DNA of 64,000 nucleotides from Spirochaetota bacterium (GTDB taxonomy: Bacteria > Spirochaetota > GWB1-36-13 > JAKPDD01), in the NCBI GenBank assembly GCA_029552945.1, contig JAKPDD010000043.1, forward strand, positions 6,516 to 70,515, in the 5' to 3' direction. The translations under genes were made by a program, and so were the position numbers. A model generated the notes under the pieces. That model was not told where the DNA came from, did not search any database, and saw only the letters and a program-made list of their open reading frames with translations. Below are positions 39,711 through 48,889 of the stretch, piece after piece. Each line of letters opens with the position of its first letter. Position 1 is the stretch's first letter.

Positions 39711-40435
39711 AAGCTGTTATACTTGCTGCAGGGATGGCTACAAGATTAAAGCCACTTACTGATGAAACACCAAAAACATTATTGGAAATAAATGGGAAAC
39801 CAATATTATACTATATGCTTAATAACCTTAAAATGAATGGTATTTATGATATTGTAATAGTAACAGGTTTTATGAGAGAAAAAATAGAGGATTATGTTAA
39901 AAATAATTTTAATGATTTAAAATTTGAGTTTGTATATAATAAGGACTATAATTCTACCAATAATGCTTATTCTTTGTTGCTTACTGAGGATTATGTAAAA
40001 GAGTTTATTTTACTTGATTCTGATATAGTTTTTCATCCTGAAATAATAAAAAAATTACTTAATTTTTCGAAAAGGCCTGTACTTGCTATAGAAAAACATG
40101 AATGCTTGGATGAAGAGATAAAGGTTCTACTTGATAAGCAAAATAGAGTTCTTGATATAAGTAAAACTGTTGACCCTAAAATCGCTTTTGGTGAATCGAT
40201 AGGTATTGAAGTTTTTGATGAAAGGGCTAAAAGTGTATTGTTTGATACTCTTGAAAAAAGGATAATAAAAGAGGGGAGAGTAAATGAGTTTTATGAGGCC
40301 TCTTTCAAAGAGATGATAGATAATGGTTTTAACTTTTATGGTATTGATACTAGTGAATATCCTGCTATAGAAATAGATTTTGTAGAAGACCTTAATGAAG
40401 CAAGTAAATTGATTAAGGAAATTTATAAAAATTAA
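39707..40435 (+). CDS. nucleotidyltransferase (LicC/IPCT-like sugar- or alcohol-phosphate cytidylyltransferase)
   Basis: AVILAAGMATRLKPLTDETPKTLL N-terminal loop. TTG start overlaps the upstream stop. Confidence 0.75.
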   Translation: MKAVILAAGMATRLKPLTDETPKTLLEINGKPILYYMLNNLKMNGIYDIVIVTGFMREKIEDYVKNNFNDLKFEFVYNKDYNSTNNAYSLLLTEDYVKEFILLDSDIVFHPEIIKKLLNFSKRPVLAIEKHECLDEEIKVLLDKQNRVLDISKTVDPKIAFGESIGIEVFDERAKSVLFDTLEKRIIKEGRVNEFYEASFKEMIDNGFNFYGIDTSEYPAIEIDFVEDLNEASKLIKEIYKN

Positions 40436-40485
40436 TTTCTTAGATTTTAATTACTTTTTACTCAATAAATTAAAGTTCACAAATA

Positions 40486-40920
40486 TTAATTATTGGCCAT
40501 TTCAAACCAGAGTTTATCACAACAATTTGGGCTACCATTATAGTTTATTGTTATTTCTTCATTTTTTTCGATATCTTTTAATGCAATAAAGATTATTTCA
40601 TTATTGTCTAGATTTTTAATATAATAGGAGTTTGGCCTATATGAATGGTTATACAGTGACCCATAACCTAATGCTATTGCGATCTTTTCTTTTCCCCAGT
40701 CAAAATAGTAATGATATAATACTGTTTTATCTATAAATTGTGATTCTTTTTTGTCGATAACCAATACAGGAGCAACTTCTATTATTTCACCTTCTTTTAT
40801 TTTTTCTATTGCAAACACACCAAGCCCATGAATTGAACTTTTTTTATAAATTATTTTATTTTTACTCTCATATTTTCTATTAATATATATATTTTTATAT
40901 TCAGATTCACTGATTTCCAT
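40486..40920 (-). CDS. SET-domain protein (putative lysine methyltransferase)
   Basis: Contains HGLGVFA, YNHSYRPN, EEITINY and a Cys-containing tail (NCCD). The ATG at 40920, 6 nt after AGGAGA, is preferred over the tracked start at 40971. Confidence 0.75.
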   Translation of the reverse strand: MEISESEYKNIYINRKYESKNKIIYKKSSIHGLGVFAIEKIKEGEIIEVAPVLVIDKKESQFIDKTVLYHYYFDWGKEKIAIALGYGSLYNHSYRPNSYYIKNLDNNEIIFIALKDIEKNEEITINYNGSPNCCDKLWFEMANN

Positions 40921-40996
40921 TTTTTTCTCCTGATATATTATTAAATTAAAAATAATATAATATAAGTTCAATTAATAAAATTTTCTTTATAAATTT

Positions 40997-41773
40997 TTAT
41001 TTTCTTTTTTTAAATATAAATGATAATAGTAAAAATATAACTCCAACAATTATTATTGTAGGACCTGGTGGCAAAAAACTATATATATATGACAAATATA
41101 TTCCAGATATAAGCATTAAAAATGAAATCGATATTGAAAATAAAACTTCTTTTTTATAGTTTGAAGTGATAAAAAATGATATCAAGCCTGGGATTATCAT
41201 AATTCCACTTATCATTATTATTCCCATTATTCTTATTAAATATATTATTGAAATTGATATTATTGCTACAATTGTGTAATACATCAAGTTAATGTTAATT
41301 CCTTTGATTTTTAAAAACAATGGGTCAAATATAAAAAAAGCTATTTTTTTTCTAAAGATTATAAATAAAACTGTTATGCTGATTGAAAATATAAATATAT
41401 ATATTATATGTGAATCGGTTATATTTAGTATACTTCCAAAAAGATATGAAAAAAGGTCAACACCGTATTTACCGCTTAGTTTTATTAGTATAATACCGAT
41501 TGACATTGAAAATGATAGAAAAACTCCTATAAATAAGTTTTCTGAAACTTTACCTTTCAGACTAAGATAAGTTATTAATAAACCTGATAATACGGCAACA
41601 ATTGCACCTACAAAAAATGGCGATATATCAAGTATAAGACCTAACGCTAAACCACCGAATGCTATATGAGCTATGCCTTCGGCAATAAAGCCTATCTGTT
41701 TGTTTACTATAAAAAAAGATATTATGCCGATCGGGAAAGAGATTATTAACGAAATTAAAATAAATATTTCCAT
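40997..41773 (-). CDS. ABC-3 family metal (Zn/Mn) transporter permease
   Basis: 258 aa with about 8 TM segments. It lies in an operon with the ATPase and the TroA/ZnuA-like binding protein. Confidence 0.8.
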   Translation of the reverse strand: MEIFILISLIISFPIGIISFFIVNKQIGFIAEGIAHIAFGGLALGLILDISPFFVGAIVAVLSGLLITYLSLKGKVSENLFIGVFLSFSMSIGIILIKLSGKYGVDLFSYLFGSILNITDSHIIYIFIFSISITVLFIIFRKKIAFFIFDPLFLKIKGININLMYYTIVAIISISIIYLIRIMGIIMISGIMIIPGLISFFITSNYKKEVLFSISISFLMLISGIYLSYIYSFLPPGPTIIIVGVIFLLLSFIFKKRK

Positions 41774-42528
41774 TAGTGTCTCTCTATTATTCTATGTGGT
41801 TTACCTGAACCATGTAGTAATATTTCCATACCTTTTTCCATTGTTTTATTTATTACTGGGCACTCTAAAAGTTCATCAGGCTTATTATGGATGTGGATTT
41901 TTTTATAAAGGCATGCAACTCTTATAGCTTTTTTTGGTATTAATGAGATATCATGTGTTATTATAATAGTTGCTGTCTGTTGGTTTTTTCTTATTTCTTC
42001 TATTATATCAAATATAAATGTCTGATTAAGATAATCTAATCCTGTGTTTGGTTCATCGAGTATTAAAAGTTCTGGGTTATTTATTAATGCTCTTGCAAGC
42101 AGGACTCTCTGTTTCTGTCCCCCTGAAAGCTTGTTAAATGTTTTATAAATTAAGTTCTCAATGTTAAGTTTTTTTGATATTTCAAATATTTTATTTTTAT
42201 TTTCTTTTTTAGATTTTAAGTTGTCAAGCCCCTGTTCAATTATTTCGTATACTGGGATTTTTATTTTATCGTTTATTCCCTCATGACTTATTAACTGTGG
42301 TAGATAACCTATCTTTATTTTTGATTCAGATAAACTTTGTTCATTTATTATTACTTTGCCACTATCTGGTTTAAGCAAACTAAGAATTATTTTTACAAGT
42401 GTTGTTTTACCACCACCATTTGGTCCGATTATAAATAAGGTCTCACCTTTATCAAGATTGAAGCTTATATCTTCAAGTATTTTTTCATTTTTATAAATAA
42501 AACTAATATTTTCTACTTTAAGTAACAT
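41773..42528 (-). CDS. metal ABC transporter ATP-binding protein (ZnuC/TroB-like)
   Basis: Contains GPNGGGKTT, LSGGQKQR and LILDEP. Confidence 0.85.
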   Translation of the reverse strand: MLLKVENISFIYKNEKILEDISFNLDKGETLFIIGPNGGGKTTLVKIILSLLKPDSGKVIINEQSLSESKIKIGYLPQLISHEGINDKIKIPVYEIIEQGLDNLKSKKENKNKIFEISKKLNIENLIYKTFNKLSGGQKQRVLLARALINNPELLILDEPNTGLDYLNQTFIFDIIEEIRKNQQTATIIITHDISLIPKKAIRVACLYKKIHIHNKPDELLECPVINKTMEKGMEILLHGSGKPHRIIERH

Positions 42529-42534
42529 TATCTT

Positions 42535-43386
42535 TTATTTAACTATGTTTTTAATATTTTGAATATTTTTTTTAATTAATTCAATAAAGGAATTATATTC
42601 AGTGCCTATAGGATCAAGTTCTATTATTTTGTCAGATATTTTGAGTAATTCAGATGGTAATTCGCCTTTAAACTCTGCTGATGATATAATAACTGTTTTT
42701 TTGTTTTTATCAAAATATTTTTTTAAGTTTTCTATATCTTTTATTGATATTGAGTGTATTTCACCTGTTGATAGTGTTATTACATCTACTCCAATTTCTT
42801 TAAATATGTAGTCCCATGCAGGATGTATTTGAATTATATTGTAGTTTTTAAGTTCAGTTACAACTTGTAAAATATTGTTTTTAATTAGATTGATTTCTTT
42901 TTTAAACTTCTCTAAATTTAATTCTATAATCTCTTTTTTTTCAGGGTACAGTTTAATTAGTTCTAACGATATAGATTCTGCTATTATAATACTGTTTTCA
43001 AAAGATAACCACAAGTGTGGGTTTATATTTTCTGAATTATCTATTCTTATTGGTTTTAAATTGCTAAATAGGTTTATTTTGTTTACTTTTTTATCTTTTA
43101 CAATAGAATCTATTATTATTTCTGCTTCCAGGTTTGGTGCACCTATAAGAAAATATAATTTACTTTCAGTAATTATTTTTATATCATCAAGAGTAGGGGT
43201 ATAGTGGTGTGGTTCCTCTTTTACAATTGGATAAGAGTCTACACTATTTCCTGTTATCTCGTTTATTATAAGTTTTATTGGTATTATACTTGTTATAATA
43301 TCATATTGTCTATTTTCATTTTTACATGTTATTATGAATATAGATATTAAGAGAATTAGGACTATAATTGCATATTTTTTTTTCAT
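42535..43386 (-). CDS. metal ABC transporter substrate-binding lipoprotein (ZnuA/TroA-like)
   Basis: Lipobox IITC, conserved NPHLW, and a cluster A-I SBP layout. Confidence 0.75.
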   Translation of the reverse strand: MKKKYAIIVLILLISIFIITCKNENRQYDIITSIIPIKLIINEITGNSVDSYPIVKEEPHHYTPTLDDIKIITESKLYFLIGAPNLEAEIIIDSIVKDKKVNKINLFSNLKPIRIDNSENINPHLWLSFENSIIIAESISLELIKLYPEKKEIIELNLEKFKKEINLIKNNILQVVTELKNYNIIQIHPAWDYIFKEIGVDVITLSTGEIHSISIKDIENLKKYFDKNKKTVIISSAEFKGELPSELLKISDKIIELDPIGTEYNSFIELIKKNIQNIKNIVK

Positions 43387-43523
43387 TAATTTATATCTCT
43401 TATATATTTATATATATATTAAAATATAGCACTAAAATGATTAATTTTGAAAAATTTATTAGAAAAGTTTGAAGAAGTTTGTTATATTATTATTTAAATT
43501 CTTTGTTTTTTAAGGAGGAGGAT

Positions 43524-44243
43524 GTGAAAAAAATAGTAATAGTATTTTTATTATTTATCTTTTCTTCATTATTTGCCAGGATGCCAAAAGTATATATTTC
43601 AGTATTTGAGGAAGGTAAAATTGGGATAGTACTTGACTTTAGAGAAAATGGTAAAGGTTTAATAGCTATTATGAGTGAGGAGGGAAGCTGGGATATAGAC
43701 ATAAAAGGTGATAATGATGTTGAATATTATAATGATGGTGTACTTAAGGGTAAATTAAAAAGAGTAGGTGATGTTATAATTAAGAGGAGAACGGTAGGAC
43801 ATGAGGCTTTGATAGGACAGCCTGTTATGATAGGAGATATAAAGATAGAGTACTATTCTCAGAGTGAATCTGCGGCTCATTATGGCAAAATAATGAGGAT
43901 AGGGGATCTTACTTTTACATATCATTCGTATCAGACATTGCCATCCTATGGTAAAATATCTTCTATAAGAAAGCTTGATACTGACCAGAGGATACAGATT
44001 ATATATCATAATAAAGATAAGAAGGGGCTCCCGGTTGCAGGTAAGATAGAGAGAATCGGTGATGTTTATGCTCTTTATAATAAGAATGGTAAGGTTGTGA
44101 AACTTGATGGAGAAGATGATTTTCTTGATATAAAGCTTTGGAGTGATAAGGAATTAGAATTAATAAATAAGAGTAGTGTTACAGATGATCAGGAGAGTAA
44201 AGTTGAGAAGATAGTTGATAAAATATTGGGGGTTTCAAAGTGA
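43524..44243 (+). CDS. exported repeat protein (hypothetical)
   Basis: The GTG at 43524 follows GGAGGAGGA and gives the signal peptide VKKIVIVFLLFIFSSLFA. Contains internal GK[IL]xR[IV]GD repeats. Confidence 0.55.
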   Translation: MKKIVIVFLLFIFSSLFARMPKVYISVFEEGKIGIVLDFRENGKGLIAIMSEEGSWDIDIKGDNDVEYYNDGVLKGKLKRVGDVIIKRRTVGHEALIGQPVMIGDIKIEYYSQSESAAHYGKIMRIGDLTFTYHSYQTLPSYGKISSIRKLDTDQRIQIIYHNKDKKGLPVAGKIERIGDVYALYNKNGKVVKLDGEDDFLDIKLWSDKELELINKSSVTDDQESKVEKIVDKILGVSK

Positions 44244-44674
44244 GTATGCATAAGACTTTAACGCTTATTATTTTTATGTTAATTATAACAATGAGTTTTA
44301 TATTAAACAAATGTAGTAATAAAAATACCAAAGAGGAGTATGAAAAATTGAGAAGCTCTTATAGATCTATTAGTCCAGATGAAAAGATTGTAATGAAAGG
44401 AGAATATTTTATAGTTGAACTTGACCTTAATGCTGGTACTGGATATGATTGGTATCTTGATAAAATAGGTGATAATATAACTTATGTTAAGAGAGAGGTT
44501 TTTAGTTTTGGCGAAGAAAAGAATGGTGATATTATGGTTGGGGGACCACTTAAAGTTGTTTTTCTTTTTAGAGCTGAAAAAGAGGGTAAAAGTAAAATAG
44601 AGTTTAAATTATATAGAAATTGGGAAAAAGATAAAATTGAAGAGAATAGAATTTATGAATTAGAAATAAAATAA
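44240..44674 (+). CDS. chagasin-family (MEROPS I42) cysteine peptidase inhibitor lipoprotein
   Basis: Lipobox LNKC. All three chagasin loops are present: NAGTGYDW, MVGGP and YRNWE. Confidence 0.8.
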   Translation: MSMHKTLTLIIFMLIITMSFILNKCSNKNTKEEYEKLRSSYRSISPDEKIVMKGEYFIVELDLNAGTGYDWYLDKIGDNITYVKREVFSFGEEKNGDIMVGGPLKVVFLFRAEKEGKSKIEFKLYRNWEKDKIEENRIYELEIK

Positions 44675-44684
44675 GGAGGTTTTT

Positions 44685-46922
44685 ATGAGATATTCATATA
44701 TTTTATTAATATTTTTGTTGCTTAGCTTTGGTTTTGTATCTTCAAAGGATGAGATAAAAGGTAGTGGTATGGAACTTCCACCACCAAAACTTGAGGCATC
44801 ATTTAAGACAACATCCTTTGCAACTGAAGGGAAATTACCTTCAAAGGTTGACCTGTCTCCTTACTTGCCTGAGCCTGGTAATCAGGGGATGCAGGGTAGT
44901 TGTGTTGCTTGGGCAACTGCTTATGCTTACAAGTCTTTTCATGAAAAATTAGAAAGGAACTGGGCTTTTTCTGATAAAACAATATTTTCACCGGCATATG
45001 TATATAACCAGATCCATATTGACAACTCACCTACTGGGGGTGGTTCTTATATTCATGAGGCACTTGAATTGGTTAAGGTGCAAGGTGTTGCGACTCTTTC
45101 TAAAATGCCTTATGACCCTAATAATTATACGAGAAAACCTTCGGAAGAAGCGAGAAATGAAGCCTCTTTGTATAAAGCAAGGGGTTGGGAAAGGATATCT
45201 GCAAGTGATATTGATGGTATAAAGAGAATACTTGCTAATGGAAATGCTGTAATAATAGGTATGAACGTATATCAAAACTTTTATAATTATAGAGGTGGAA
45301 TATACACAAGAGCAGAAGGGAATTATATGGGTGGGCATGCTATGCTTGCTATTGGTTATGATGACTCAAAGGCTGCTTTTAAGATTCAGAACTCATGGTC
45401 AAAGTATTGGGGTGAAAATGGGTATGCATGGATTGCTTACAATACTTTTAAAGAGTATGTTAAATATGCTTATGTAATGTATGATATTATTGATTCAAAG
45501 CCTGATAAAACACCTAATCCACCATCGTTAGTTGAAGCTTCAAAAGGTAGTTTTGATGGTAAAATAAAAATAAAATGGACACAGGTTGAGGATGCTGAAT
45601 CTTATGAAGTGTACAGGTCTTTATATAAAGAGGGTGGGACTTTTGAAAAAATAGCATCTGTTGCTGATACAGAGTATTTTGATACTAATGTTGAGTTTAA
45701 GTGGTATTTCTATGCTATCAAAACAAGGAATAAAAATGGAGTCAGTATTTTAAGTAGTGTAGATGGGGGTTATCCTCTTAAGATTGTTACTAAAAAAGAT
45801 GAGAATAAAGTAGAGGAGAGGATTGATAAGCCAGGGCAGGTTCAGAACTTAAGAGGTGTTTATAGTAATGGTAGTATTCTTCTTTTTTGGGATAGGGTTG
45901 AAGGAGCCGAAGGTTATATAATAAATAAGTTTGATATGCAGACGAAAGATTATTTAAATATAGCAAAAACAGGAGAGACAAGATTTTCTGATAATCCAAA
46001 ACCTGGTAAGTACTGGTATACTGTTGTAGCTTATAATAAAAGTGGGGTAGGGCAATCAAGTGATAGTATAAATGTTGTAGTTTTCGATAAAGAAGAGAAA
46101 AAAATACCAGATCCTCCTTTAAGAATTACAGCTTCAACTGGTAATTTTAAGGATAGGATAGTTATTTCTTGGAGTCAGAGTTCTGATGCTGATTTTTATA
46201 TTGTAAAAAAATGGAGCCTGAAAAAGAGAGTATGGGAAGAGATTGGTAAAACACAGATGCTTAATTTTGAAGATAGTGGGCTTTCTCCTAATGAGTTCTG
46301 CTATTATTATATTGTTGCAGGAAATTCGGCAGGTTTCAGTAATCCAAGTAAATTAATTTTAGGTTATACAAGTGAATACGCAAGATTAGAGATTGAAGGA
46401 CAGAAAATAGAGATAGATAATTTAAAAACATACAAGGAGAAAGCTTCAGAACTTGTCCAGAAACTTGATGACAAGGCAAAAATTAAAGCTATACTTCCTA
46501 TAAAAGATGGAGGTAAAAAGATACTTGATGAGTTTTACTATACAGATAACTTTATAAAAGAATCTGGCTACTATAAAGATGTAGCTTATTATTCTGGTGA
46601 TAAGGTCTATAAACTACAGAGGTTTTATACAGATTCATTTGTAAAAAATAATGGATTCAACACAAGAATAATAAATTATGACCTATCAAAAAACAGTATA
46701 ATCAGGGTTGAGACTAATTATGTAGATAGACCTTATGTTTCGAGAATCTCTTATTATATTGAGGGCAAAATATTTAAAACAGAAGTTATTATGAAAAAAG
46801 AGATGGAAAACTCTTACGGTTTTTCTAGGATGATAATATTTCATAAAGAAAACTTGATGCCAGAGTGGATTGAGTTTTATGATAGTAATGGAATTAAAGT
46901 AAAGGAGATAACTAAAGAGTAA
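44685..46922 (+). CDS. secreted papain-like (C1A) cysteine peptidase with three FN3-like modules and a C-terminal repeat domain
   Basis: Contains QGMQGSCVAWA (Gln/Cys), GGHAMLAIGYDD (His) and IQNSWSKYWGENGYAWI (Asn). There are three W..V..A..Y.V.R FN3-like units, followed by Y/F-rich MORN/YwqK-like repeats. Confidence 0.85.
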   Translation: MRYSYILLIFLLLSFGFVSSKDEIKGSGMELPPPKLEASFKTTSFATEGKLPSKVDLSPYLPEPGNQGMQGSCVAWATAYAYKSFHEKLERNWAFSDKTIFSPAYVYNQIHIDNSPTGGGSYIHEALELVKVQGVATLSKMPYDPNNYTRKPSEEARNEASLYKARGWERISASDIDGIKRILANGNAVIIGMNVYQNFYNYRGGIYTRAEGNYMGGHAMLAIGYDDSKAAFKIQNSWSKYWGENGYAWIAYNTFKEYVKYAYVMYDIIDSKPDKTPNPPSLVEASKGSFDGKIKIKWTQVEDAESYEVYRSLYKEGGTFEKIASVADTEYFDTNVEFKWYFYAIKTRNKNGVSILSSVDGGYPLKIVTKKDENKVEERIDKPGQVQNLRGVYSNGSILLFWDRVEGAEGYIINKFDMQTKDYLNIAKTGETRFSDNPKPGKYWYTVVAYNKSGVGQSSDSINVVVFDKEEKKIPDPPLRITASTGNFKDRIVISWSQSSDADFYIVKKWSLKKRVWEEIGKTQMLNFEDSGLSPNEFCYYYIVAGNSAGFSNPSKLILGYTSEYARLEIEGQKIEIDNLKTYKEKASELVQKLDDKAKIKAILPIKDGGKKILDEFYYTDNFIKESGYYKDVAYYSGDKVYKLQRFYTDSFVKNNGFNTRIINYDLSKNSIIRVETNYVDRPYVSRISYYIEGKIFKTEVIMKKEMENSYGFSRMIIFHKENLMPEWIEFYDSNGIKVKEITKE

Positions 46923-46972
46923 AATTTTGATTTTAAAATTTATTTTGTTAATTTTTAATTACGTATTTTAAA

Positions 46973-47044
46973 GCAGGTGTAGTTCAATGGCTAGAACCTC
47001 AGCCTTCCAAGCTGATGACGTCGGTTCGATTCCGATCACCTGCT
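46973..47044 (+). tRNA. tRNA-Gly (anticodon UCC)
   Basis: Cloverleaf by hand: acceptor GCAGGTG/CACCTGC, D arm GTTC..GAAC, anticodon stem TCAGC/GCTGA with loop CTTCCAA, and T loop TTCGATT. CCA is not encoded. Confidence 0.9.
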
Positions 47045-47067
47045 TTTATCCTTTAATGGGGATTTAA

Positions 47068-47310
47068 ATGTCTATTGAAGAAAAAATAAAAAGACTTGAA
47101 GATATTGTAAATAAAATGGAAGATCAGGATACCTCTATTGAAGACTCTATAAGTTTATACTCTGAGGGTCTTTCTCTTTATAAAGATTGTATAAACTTTC
47201 TTGAAAAAACCACAAGAAAAATAGAAGTTATGAAAAATCCTTCCAATGTTGTAAAAAAAGGGAGTGTTGATAAAGAGGATATTACTCTCTTTGAACAGCA
47301 GGATAGTTAA
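47068..47310 (+). CDS. xseB: exodeoxyribonuclease VII small subunit
   Basis: 80 aa, reading EEKIKRLEDIVNKMEDQDTSIEDSISLYSEGLSLYKDC. Confidence 0.85.
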   Translation: MSIEEKIKRLEDIVNKMEDQDTSIEDSISLYSEGLSLYKDCINFLEKTTRKIEVMKNPSNVVKKGSVDKEDITLFEQQDS

Positions 47311-47412
47311 AATTTATTTTATCTTAGGAAATTTTAATAGAAAATTCTCAAAAGCTCAAAAATTATATTATAAGATTTTATTTATTAAATAAACTAATTT
47401 TAAAAAATTGAC

Positions 47413-47440
47413 CAGGGAGTATTATAATACTCCCTGTTTT
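47413..47440. terminator. bidirectional terminator between xseB and livF
   Basis: CAGGGAGTAT-tata-ATACTCCCTG is a perfect 10-bp stem followed by TTTT. Confidence 0.75.
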
Positions 47441-47450
47441 AAATAATTTT

Positions 47451-48158
47451 CTATACACCCAAGTATGCTTTTTTTATGTGAGGATTTGCAAGTAATGTTT
47501 TACCATCATCTTTCATTACAATTCTACCATTTTCAAGTACATAACCTATTTTAGCCATTTCAAGACTTTTTTTAACATTCTGTTCAACAAGTAGTATTGT
47601 GACACCTTCTTTATTAGCTTTTTTAAGAGCATCAAACACAGTTAATGTTAAAGCAGGTGATAATCCTAAAGATGGCTCATCAACAAGCATAAGTTTTGGT
47701 CTACCCATAAGTGCTCTGGCTACTGCAAGCATTTGTTGTTCACCACCACTCATTGTTCCTGCAGCCTGATTTATTCTTTCTTTAAGTCTTGGGAATAAAG
47801 AAAATACGAATTCCATTGTCTCTTTTCTTTTTTCCCATGCATCTTTTATAAACATTGCACCTATTTCAAGATTTTCATAAACACTCATTTTAGGAAATAT
47901 CTGCCTTCCTTCAGGTACATGAGTTATTCCGTTACTTACTACATAGTTAGAATCTTTACCTGTAATATCTATTCCATTGTATATTATTTTACCTGATTTT
48001 GGTTTTATGATACCGTTTATAGTTCTCATTAAAGTTGTTTTACCTGCACCATTAGCACCAACTATTGATACTATTGAACCTTCTGGTACCTCTATGCTAA
48101 TATCCCATAAAGCCTGTACAAGTCCGTAAAAAACATTTATATTTTCTATCTTTAACAT
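47451..48158 (-). CDS. livF: branched-chain amino acid ABC transporter ATP-binding protein
   Basis: Contains GANGAGKTT, MSGGEQQML and LMLVDEPSLGL. Confidence 0.9.
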   Translation of the reverse strand: MLKIENINVFYGLVQALWDISIEVPEGSIVSIVGANGAGKTTLMRTINGIIKPKSGKIIYNGIDITGKDSNYVVSNGITHVPEGRQIFPKMSVYENLEIGAMFIKDAWEKRKETMEFVFSLFPRLKERINQAAGTMSGGEQQMLAVARALMGRPKLMLVDEPSLGLSPALTLTVFDALKKANKEGVTILLVEQNVKKSLEMAKIGYVLENGRIVMKDDGKTLLANPHIKKAYLGV

Positions 48159-48889
48159 GTTTCCTCCTTACCAAGGTATGCTTCTATAACCTCTTTTGAC
48201 TTTACTACATCATCATATTTTCCCTCAGTAAGTTTTTCTCCATAGTTCATTACGATTACCCAATCAGCAAGTTCTTTTATTGTAAACATTATATGATCAA
48301 TCATTATTATTGATATTCCCTCATCCCTTAAGCTAAAAATAGTTTCTATCATCTCCCTTGCTTCTGCAGGGTTTAAACCTTCCATTACCTCATCAAGTAG
48401 CATTACTTTAGGTGATGTAGCGTATGCTCTTGCTATCTCAAGTTTTTTCCTATAAGCTAATGGTAATTTTGAACCCACAAAGTCTTTATATTCAAATAAA
48501 CCAAATCTTTTAGCTATTTCTAATGACTTCTGTTTTGCCTCTTTTAAAGAATATTTATGTCTTCCAAAGAGTGCACCTGTAGTAATGTTTTCCAATACAC
48601 TCATATCCTCAAAAGGCTGCATTATTTGAAATGTTCTTCCTATACCCAGATGACATCTTTCTGCAGGGTTTGTTTTTGTTATATCTTTACCTTCAAATAT
48701 TATGTTACCACTACTTACTGGGAATACACCTGATATTAAATTAAAAGTTGTTGTTTTCCCAGCACCATTAGGACCTATTATTGCTAATATGTTTTTCTCA
48801 TTAAGTTTAAGACTTATATTATAGACTGCTCTTAAACCACCGAAATACTTTGTTATTCCCCTTGTTTCTAAAATTATTTTTTCTGCCAT
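48152..48889 (-). CDS. livG: branched-chain amino acid ABC transporter ATP-binding protein
   Basis: Contains GPNGAGKTT, FGGLRAV and the C-terminal VIEAYLG. Confidence 0.9.
   Translation of the reverse strand: MAEKIILETRGITKYFGGLRAVYNISLKLNEKNILAIIGPNGAGKTTTFNLISGVFPVSSGNIIFEGKDITKTNPAERCHLGIGRTFQIMQPFEDMSVLENITTGALFGRHKYSLKEAKQKSLEIAKRFGLFEYKDFVGSKLPLAYRKKLEIARAYATSPKVMLLDEVMEGLNPAEAREMIETIFSLRDEGISIIMIDHIMFTIKELADWVIVMNYGEKLTEGKYDDVVKSKEVIEAYLGKEETC

Noticed and set aside
43387-47044. A tRNA-Gly-targeted genomic island with att direct repeats around the peptidase operon.
   Set aside because: I found no copy of the tRNA 3' end at the other boundary and no integrase or other mobility gene. 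Only a compositional hint remains, and it is reported as such under the peptidase finding.
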